Below are positions 25,672-31,496 of a stretch of DNA of 31,496 nt, in pieces (position 1 is the first letter of the stretch; each line of letters opens with the position of its first letter). Source of the DNA: a virus (taxonomy: Duplodnaviria > Caudoviricetes); the IMG/VR virus record IMGVR_UViG_3300033067_002582, positions 1 to 31,496 of that record; one strand, written 5' to 3'. The position numbers and the translations under genes are program-made. The notes beneath the pieces were generated by a model, which was given only the letters and a program-made list of their open reading frames with translations, ran no database searches and had not been told where the DNA came from.

Positions 25672-28600
25672 TCGTTGCACTCCAGGGAATCAGTGTATTC
25701 CTTCACCAGAGCCCGCAACTCTTTCCGCATATTCGGCTCCAGCGGGACCCCGTCCGAACTGTCGGGCTTGACGACAGACGCCACCCTGTCGAGAAACTTC
25801 TGGTGGACCTTCGTGATACTCGCGCGGTGCTGGTGCAGTTTCGCGTGCAGGTACACGTCCCGGGCCTTGCGGTCCTCCTTGTGCTGGAGGGTTGCCGCCT
25901 CGTTGACCGCAACCGTCGCGTCCCCGTGAACCTTGCTACCCTCAGCAGCACCCGGCCGGTAGGGAACGCAGTCACGCCAGTTGAGTCCGATCTCACCCTC
26001 GGCCACGATGGGGCACCGGAGCCACGACCAGTCGAAGCCCTTACCCCATACGCCCGCGGCCCGTTGCGGAAGGTTCTCCATGATGTCGAGACAGAGGGAC
26101 GCAACCTCGGCCACCTCGGACCGCAGACAGTCGAGCACGATGCTGTCGTGCACCGTCATGATGAGGCGGCTCTTGTAGCCCTTCTTCCGGAGCGCCTTGT
26201 TGATGAGGATGATCGCCGTCACCGTCATGTCGGACGCGGTCGATTGGATGACCGCGTTCGGGCCTTGCCGCTTAGCCCGGTTCACCTTCCCGTGGTCCTC
26301 CGAGTGGATATCGGGCAAGTGACGGCGACGTCCGAACGGGCTCAACGTGTACCCGTTCTCGTAGATGAAGTCGCACGTATCGTCGATGTACCGGCGGATG
26401 GCCGGGTAGGCGCGGAAGAAAGCGTCGATGTACTCCTGCGCCTCTTCCTCGTCCGCGATGATGCCTTCCTGACGGAGCGTGTTGACGATGCCCGGTGCAC
26501 CGATTCCGTAGAGGACGCCGAACACCACGCGCTTCGCGATGGTACGCTGCCTCTTGTACTTCTTCGGATCGGACTTCTCCAGTTCCTTCGCCTGATCCAT
26601 CGTCAGGTGGAAGATCCGGCACATCGTGAGCAAGTGGACGTCCGTCCCACTCGCGTAGGCGTCAAGGAGAGACTTCTCGCGAGCCAGCGATGCCGCAACG
26701 CGCACCTCGATCTGCGAGAAGTCGGCCGCGAAGATACACCCGTCGTCACCGAAGCGGCTGGTGTAGACCCGCTTCGCCACCACGGGAGCGTTCTGGAGGT
26801 TCGGCCCGGCCGAACTCGTCCGGCCCGTCTTGGTGCCCGTCGGCTTGAAGTTGCCCCGGATGTACCCGTCGAACCGCCTGATATGCTCCAGGTACGGGAC
26901 CGCGTACGTACCGTGCTGCTTGTCGTAGCGACGGAAGGCCAACAGGGCGGCACTGAACGCGCAGTTCTTCGTCCGGATGAAGTGGTTGAGGCTGTCCTTG
27001 TCGGACGACCCGTAGGAAACGTCGAAGTCCTCTTCGTCGCCCGTGGCTTCCTCGGCCGCGTCGGTGTACTTTAGCGGCTCGTACCCAAGCTCACCGTAGA
27101 GGATTTCCTTGACCTGATCGGGCGAGTTGGTGTTGAACTCCCACTGGTCAGCCTTGCCCCGTCGCGGGTCCTCCGACTCCTTCCGTCGGATGTACTTGCG
27201 GACCACCGGCAACGACTTCATGTCGAACAGGGCGTTCGCGGAGCGCAATGCCGTATACCGGGAGAAGAAGGCTGCGGCCTCCTTGTCCCCGTGTGTACCG
27301 ACCACCTGCATCGCCGAGAGCGCGTCGATCATCAGCGGGTAGTAGTGGACCACGAGGTGCTTGCGCTTGTCGTCGAGCTTCTTCAGCAGGATGTCCTTGA
27401 GGCGGAACGTCGCGTCCGCGTCGGCACCCGCGTACGGGCCGATGATGTCCTTGGGGATGTGCCGGTAGTTGTGGCTGAACGTCTCCGCCACGGCCGTCAC
27501 CGGCTGCTTCCAGTTGCCCATACCGGTGAACTGAGTCGCGACGTTGTCGAGGCTGTGGGGCGACTCTTCATCAACCTGATGGTGGATCGTCATCGTGTCC
27601 AGCAGGTTGACGATCCGGGTCTTGAAGAAGAGGCGACACCACGTCTGCTCGAACATCCCGTTGTGGACCACCTTGCGGACGGACCGTCGCGTGATGAACC
27701 TCTTGAACGCGGCGTCGAATATCTCCCGGTCCCTGGCCTTCCACGTCCCGTCCACATGGTCGCGCAGGACGTAGTACCCCTTCCCCGCCTTGTCTGACCA
27801 TGACACGATCGCGACCGCCGCGGGCTCGTGACGCTCCTTGTACTCCGCGTCACGGGGGCTCACCAGCGTGAACGTGTTGCCCTCACGCCGCTTGATCTGC
27901 GGCACCGTCATCTCACGGTCGAGCGGGTCGAGCCCGTTCGTCTCGAAGTCGAACGCGACGTCCTGGTCCGCGTACGAATCAAACATCTTGGCGGCCTTCT
28001 CTGCCGAAACGATCTCTTTGTAGTCACCCAACCCCCGCCCGAGCGTCAGCCTCCCCTCCAGCAAGCCCGCAAGGTCGTCCCACGCCTTCTCCCACTGGGG
28101 ACGCAGCACGTCCCGGTAGAACAGTGTCCCCGGGGTGAAGACCGGCATGATCTTCCGCTTCGCCCCCGCAACCTCCTGCTCAAACGGGGAACCGTGGCAC
28201 GTATCGATGCGGTACTTCGGCCCGCAGACCATCTTGAGAGGCGTGCTCCCGACCGGGACGATGAACTCGGGATTGAACTTCTGGATCTCCCGGGACAGGA
28301 ACGGTGCGCACGCCTTTGCGGCCGTCGTATTCGCACACGCAGCGCCGTGGGCACAGCACTTAACCGCGTACGTGAACATGACGTTCTTGCGGTAATCGAT
28401 GCCCGCCTGTGACATCGCGGCCTTGATGTCCCGCAGTTCCCGGTTATCCCCGAGCTTCCCCTCGGCGTCCTCCTTGAAGGACGGGTTGTGCAACACCACC
28501 AGCACCCGAGGGTTGAGATTCCCCTTCCCGAGAACCCGGTGCGTATCGACCGTAATCTCGGGCGGCCTCCCGCCGCAGTAGTCGTTGCCGATCTGCACAC

Positions 28601-28802
28601 CCTTGATCGTCGGGAGGATCGGGCACGCGAGACAACCCACACCCTTCTTCGGGATCGGGGAGTACGGGTTGAGAGGCACACGCCCGTAGGTCCCGGGGTC
28701 TAGGTTACGGAGCCTCTTCCCTTCCGTCGGGATGACTTCTCGACGTTTCGCAGAACGAGCGCCGTGACGACCGCCTCCCACTTTCGTTCCAGACTTCGGC
28801 AC
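25668..28802 (-). CDS. polA: Family A DNA polymerase with N-terminal UDG-like domain and 3'-5' exonuclease (SPO1-type); start uncertain (possibly GTG 28679)
   Basis: Exonuclease DFETNGL, HNGMFE, YAGADA; polymerase TGRTSS.GPNLQN, ADFSQIEVR, R..AK...FGVLYG, VHDS; N-terminal CLAC, G.GN...V.VV, AVKC, C..FL.REI....P..IV..G. Confidence 0.95.
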   Translation of the reverse strand: MPKSGTKVGGGRHGARSAKRREVIPTEGKRLRNLDPGTYGRVPLNPYSPIPKKGVGCLACPILPTIKGVQIGNDYCGGRPPEITVDTHRVLGKGNLNPRVLVVLHNPSFKEDAEGKLGDNRELRDIKAAMSQAGIDYRKNVMFTYAVKCCAHGAACANTTAAKACAPFLSREIQKFNPEFIVPVGSTPLKMVCGPKYRIDTCHGSPFEQEVAGAKRKIMPVFTPGTLFYRDVLRPQWEKAWDDLAGLLEGRLTLGRGLGDYKEIVSAEKAAKMFDSYADQDVAFDFETNGLDPLDREMTVPQIKRREGNTFTLVSPRDAEYKERHEPAAVAIVSWSDKAGKGYYVLRDHVDGTWKARDREIFDAAFKRFITRRSVRKVVHNGMFEQTWCRLFFKTRIVNLLDTMTIHHQVDEESPHSLDNVATQFTGMGNWKQPVTAVAETFSHNYRHIPKDIIGPYAGADADATFRLKDILLKKLDDKRKHLVVHYYPLMIDALSAMQVVGTHGDKEAAAFFSRYTALRSANALFDMKSLPVVRKYIRRKESEDPRRGKADQWEFNTNSPDQVKEILYGELGYEPLKYTDAAEEATGDEEDFDVSYGSSDKDSLNHFIRTKNCAFSAALLAFRRYDKQHGTYAVPYLEHIRRFDGYIRGNFKPTGTKTGRTSSAGPNLQNAPVVAKRVYTSRFGDDGCIFAADFSQIEVRVAASLAREKSLLDAYASGTDVHLLTMCRIFHLTMDQAKELEKSDPKKYKRQRTIAKRVVFGVLYGIGAPGIVNTLRQEGIIADEEEAQEYIDAFFRAYPAIRRYIDDTCDFIYENGYTLSPFGRRRHLPDIHSEDHGKVNRAKRQGPNAVIQSTASDMTVTAIILINKALRKKGYKSRLIMTVHDSIVLDCLRSEVAEVASLCLDIMENLPQRAAGVWGKGFDWSWLRCPIVAEGEIGLNWRDCVPYRPGAAEGSKVHGDATVAVNEAATLQHKEDRKARDVYLHAKLHQHRASITKVHQKFLDRVASVVKPDSSDGVPLEPNMRKELRALVKEYTDSLECNE

Positions 28803-29215
28803 CGTAGCCTCCAGATATTCCCGACACGGTCAGCCCCGATCCTGAGCATGTCCGCCGCAGACACACCGGCAAAGTCCAACTCGCAAGCCCGGCAGTCCAG
28901 CCGGGCAAACCCGACCACCATACGCCCACCGGGTGTTACCGCTTTCAACCGGTAACGGCCCCGATCGTACCACCGCAACGAAAGCCCCGTAGCGTGCTCG
29001 AAAGACCCCCCGCGACGGAGATGCAACCGGATCAGGATCCCGCTGTCGAACCCGCTCACCGCGTTCTCAAACATACGCCCATCGCGGGTAACCTCGACCA
29101 GCGCCGGAGACACCCGGGGCCTGGAAGCCTCACGACACCGTCCGAGGAAGTCACACGGAACACACTCGGGATCCGGCACCGGCGATACGCACCCGAAGCA
29201 TTCCGGGATATTCAC
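28700..29215 (-). CDS. Hypothetical protein with N-terminal Cys cluster
   Basis: GTG at 29215 overlaps the primase TGA; ECFGC...ECVPC....C; fills the primase-pol gap. Confidence 0.55.
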   Translation of the reverse strand: MNIPECFGCVSPVPDPECVPCDFLGRCREASRPRVSPALVEVTRDGRMFENAVSGFDSGILIRLHLRRGGSFEHATGLSLRWYDRGRYRLKAVTPGGRMVVGFARLDCRACELDFAGVSAADMLRIGADRVGNIWRLRCRSLERKWEAVVTALVLRNVEKSSRRKGRGSVT

Positions 29216-29227
29216 CGAATCGGGGAG
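29211..29227. promoter_or_regulatory. 17-bp palindromic site, copy 7 (TTCACCGAATCGGGGAG)
   Basis: Contains the primase TGA and the next GTG start. Confidence 0.8.
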
Positions 29228-30228
29228 TTCATCTCCCTTACGGCCTTCTCCATCGACCCCGTGATCGTCGGCACCTTTCGGGCTCCCGGGGCCTCTGTCT
29301 TTCGCAGACGCCATTCTACCTCCGATTCGACACCCCGCTTGAGCCAAACCGTGCTCCTCGCGGCCATGAGCCGTAGCTTCTTCTTGTTGTCCGCAGGATC
29401 GCCGCTCGGCAGCAACAGGTACCCTACACGACACGACAACTCCCGATTGAGCCTGTAGGCGTACTGCCTTGTCTTGTCGTGCTCTGTCGAGTCCAGACAG
29501 ACGATCAAGTCCTCGAAACCCAAGAGACGCAGGGCGTTCACCTGCTGGGGGTGCAGGTCCTTGGACGTCAGCGGCAGCCCTCCCGGCCCCCATGCGATCC
29601 CGTCAAGCGGCCCTTCGCAGATAAAGCCGGTCTTCTGGCCCACCGCCTGCTGATACCCGAAGAGGTACGACTTTTTGCCCGTGCTCGGTGGGTTGTGGTT
29701 CTTGGCCTCAGAGTTGCCGAACACACGGCGACCCTGCCAGTAGACCACGCGGCCACCCTGCCAGAACGGAAAGATCAGGAACCCCGGGAGGGATGAGGCG
29801 TACCCGATGCCGAAAACATCGATGTCGTCATAGGTGAAACCCCGGAGTTGGAGGTACTTCAACATGATCCTGGTCACGTTGTCGGTCGGGCGTTCCGGCA
29901 GCTTGGAGAAGCCCTCGGGCAACGGTACCGGTTGGGCCGTAGCCGACTTGAACAGCTTGTCAATATCGAAAACGAGGGGCGAGTGTCCGGCCAGCGACCG
30001 GAGAGACTTGGGGATATAGCCGAAGAGATCCCGGACAAGGTTGAGAAGCGACCGCGTCCCGTACCAACACGTATGGCACCTTGCCATGCCGTGCTCGCCT
30101 TTGTGGTAGTTGACGTGCAACGTGTGCCCGGACTCGGCACAGAACGGGCAGTCGTAGTTGGTGTCACGCCCTGCGGTGCCTTTGAACTGGAGCCTTGTTT
30201 CGAGGATTTCCCTTATGCGTTCGCTCAT
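29212..30228 (-). CDS. DNA primase (DnaG-like, Zn finger + TOPRIM)
   Basis: CPFC...CHTC, YL..RG, IFPF, YWQGR, ICEGPLD, CLD, DPAD. Confidence 0.92.
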   Translation of the reverse strand: MSERIREILETRLQFKGTAGRDTNYDCPFCAESGHTLHVNYHKGEHGMARCHTCWYGTRSLLNLVRDLFGYIPKSLRSLAGHSPLVFDIDKLFKSATAQPVPLPEGFSKLPERPTDNVTRIMLKYLQLRGFTYDDIDVFGIGYASSLPGFLIFPFWQGGRVVYWQGRRVFGNSEAKNHNPPSTGKKSYLFGYQQAVGQKTGFICEGPLDGIAWGPGGLPLTSKDLHPQQVNALRLLGFEDLIVCLDSTEHDKTRQYAYRLNRELSCRVGYLLLPSGDPADNKKKLRLMAARSTVWLKRGVESEVEWRLRKTEAPGARKVPTITGSMEKAVREMNSPIR

Positions 30229-30583
30229 AGAACTCAGTCCAGTTACAGCGGTGCATCTCGCTCCGTCCGTTCGCGTACGCCTGCATCATCACCCAGCGGC
30301 CGTCCTGTTGCTCCCAGTAGAGCCCGTAGGTCGCACCGCACCGCCCACACTTTACCTTCTTGGGTGTGTCGTCATACCAGACGTCCTCTTCGTCCCCGTC
30401 CCACGAATGCGCCGTATCCGCCCACGGGTCAATGTCCCACGGACGGACGAGGGAGTCTGCCAGCGCAAACTTTGCTTGCTCCGCGTACTCCTCTTCCGTG
30501 TCGTACATCCACGCCGGAGGCTCCGGAGGATCCTTCCACCACTCAGGATCCAAATCCAAGCCCGTCCACCACTCACGGCCCAT
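30164..30583 (-). CDS. Hypothetical protein, Trp/Asp-rich with Zn-ribbon motif
   Basis: ATG at 30583 after GAGGTG; CGRCG...LYW....RW...HRC. Confidence 0.6.
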   Translation of the reverse strand: MGREWWTGLDLDPEWWKDPPEPPAWMYDTEEEYAEQAKFALADSLVRPWDIDPWADTAHSWDGDEEDVWYDDTPKKVKCGRCGATYGLYWEQQDGRWVMMQAYANGRSEMHRCNWTEFYERTHKGNPRNKAPVQRHRRA

Positions 30584-30827
30584 GCGGCACCTCTTGGATA
30601 ACTGCCTTTTCCAGACCGCCCTGCACACCCCTGTGCGGGTCCTTCGTCGGGCTCACCACCTTCGTACCGTCAGGCATCAGCACCACCACGGCATCGCCGT
30701 TCGCAACGGCTAAGGCCCCGTTGCGGTACCCGCAACCGTAGAACGTCACCGACGCAACGATGGCCGTAGCCACGCACGCCAGTAGTGCAAAGAGGCACCC
30801 GGCATCATCTTCGGGATTGCGGCTCAT
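30573..30827 (-). CDS. Small membrane protein
   Basis: Hydrophobic CLFALLACVATAIVASVTFY; ATGA overlap. Confidence 0.6.
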   Translation of the reverse strand: MSRNPEDDAGCLFALLACVATAIVASVTFYGCGYRNGALAVANGDAVVVLMPDGTKVVSPTKDPHRGVQGGLEKAVIQEVPHGP

Positions 30828-31354
30828 GCCCGCTCTCCTCGGAGCGCAGCGCCTTCGGCATCCTTGTTTCGGTTCTCGTCGTCCATCTGGTCCCCGTCAA
30901 ACTTCTCCGGGTATCGGGCCTTCAGCTTGGCGATGTTCCGTTCCCACAACTGCTGGACCGGGATACCGCGCCCAACGAGGTACAGAGCGCGGAACCACTC
31001 GGAATCGCCAAACTCCTCGTCCATGTTGATGAAGTCCGCAGACTCACCAGTCGTGATGCGGAGGAGTGCCTCGGCGATCTCACCCGCTTCGTTGAGAATC
31101 CCAAGGACCGCATGGAGGACGTCCGGGTTCATCTTCGCGAGCGGCGTGCTCAAGAGCGACAACTCGTGCGGCACATCGTCGTACGGCTTACCGCTGAAAA
31201 TCGCTTTCTTGATGTCGCGGGCCATGCCGCCCGCGACAATCGACGTTGCGAGCAACTGGGACAACCGCTGTGACTCCACACGGCTCAGCGCGCAGTGGGG
31301 ACTCTTGGTCCGCATAGCCGCCTTGATGTACTGCTCAACCGTCTCAATCTTCAT
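30824..31354 (-). CDS. MazG-like nucleotide pyrophosphohydrolase
   Basis: LHAVLGILNEAGEIAE...EEFGD..WF...NIAKLKARYP. Confidence 0.85.
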   Translation of the reverse strand: MKIETVEQYIKAAMRTKSPHCALSRVESQRLSQLLATSIVAGGMARDIKKAIFSGKPYDDVPHELSLLSTPLAKMNPDVLHAVLGILNEAGEIAEALLRITTGESADFINMDEEFGDSEWFRALYLVGRGIPVQQLWERNIAKLKARYPEKFDGDQMDDENRNKDAEGAALRGERA

Positions 31355-31496
31355 GTTGCGACCCCTTGGTACGTTCCAGATCCTTCATCACAATGAACCC
31401 ACCCCGGACAAACACGGCGACGGCCGTGAACACCACGGCCACACCGATCCACGACCCGACGAGAAGAAGGGCCAACACGCCAAGCACCGTCCACAT
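31344..31496 (-). CDS. Small membrane protein (may extend beyond window)
   Basis: MWTVLGVLALLLVGSWIGVAVVFTAVAVFVRGGFIVMKDLERTKGSQHED*, read by hand; not in the ORF track. Confidence 0.55.
   Translation of the reverse strand: MWTVLGVLALLLVGSWIGVAVVFTAVAVFVRGGFIVMKDLERTKGSQHED

Noticed and set aside
9226-27074. Long + strand ORFs (9226-10965, 11025-12338, 21253-22692, 23604-25127, 25578-27074 and others)
   Set aside because: Antisense shadows of motif-bearing minus-strand genes in GC-rich DNA; no recognisable motifs.
25668-28802. Intein or intron in polymerase or terminase
   Set aside because: Motifs are collinear; no splice-junction or homing-endonuclease signatures; only a short insertion in the exonuclease domain.
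1-31496. Stop-codon reassignment or prophage boundary
   Set aside because: TAG, TGA and TAA all end intact genes under code 11; no integrase, att duplication or host gene block is visible.

Overview
GC-rich segment of a large tailed-phage genome (T4-gp20-type portal, SPO1-type PolA). All supportable genes lie on the minus strand and many are coupled by overlapping stop/start codons. In transcription order (right to left): MazG-like pyrophosphatase, primase, family A DNA polymerase with an N-terminal UDG-like domain, UvsY-like, gp32-like SSB, RecA/UvsX, ParB-HTH, tRNA-Thr(UGU), 5'-3' exonuclease, SbcD, ThyX, NMP kinase, SbcC, SAM methyltransferase, Holliday junction resolvase, terminase small and large subunits, portal, HU-like, a 7-deazaguanine DNA-modification cluster (queE, folE, two queC, dpdA, ParB-like; interrupted by a histone-H1-like gene; no queD in the window), a BppU-like gene and a modular tail-fibre gene that runs off the left edge and is missing from the ORF track. 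The most striking unexplained signal is a 17-bp palindrome, TTC(C/A)CCGA-N-TCGG(G/T)GAA, found seven times, always at gene junctions and mostly 4.4-6.6 kb apart. Its only perfect copy abuts the putative promoter of the ParB-HTH gene, which suggests a KorB/parS-like phage regulon. Product calls rest on motifs recognised by eye; no database search was run.
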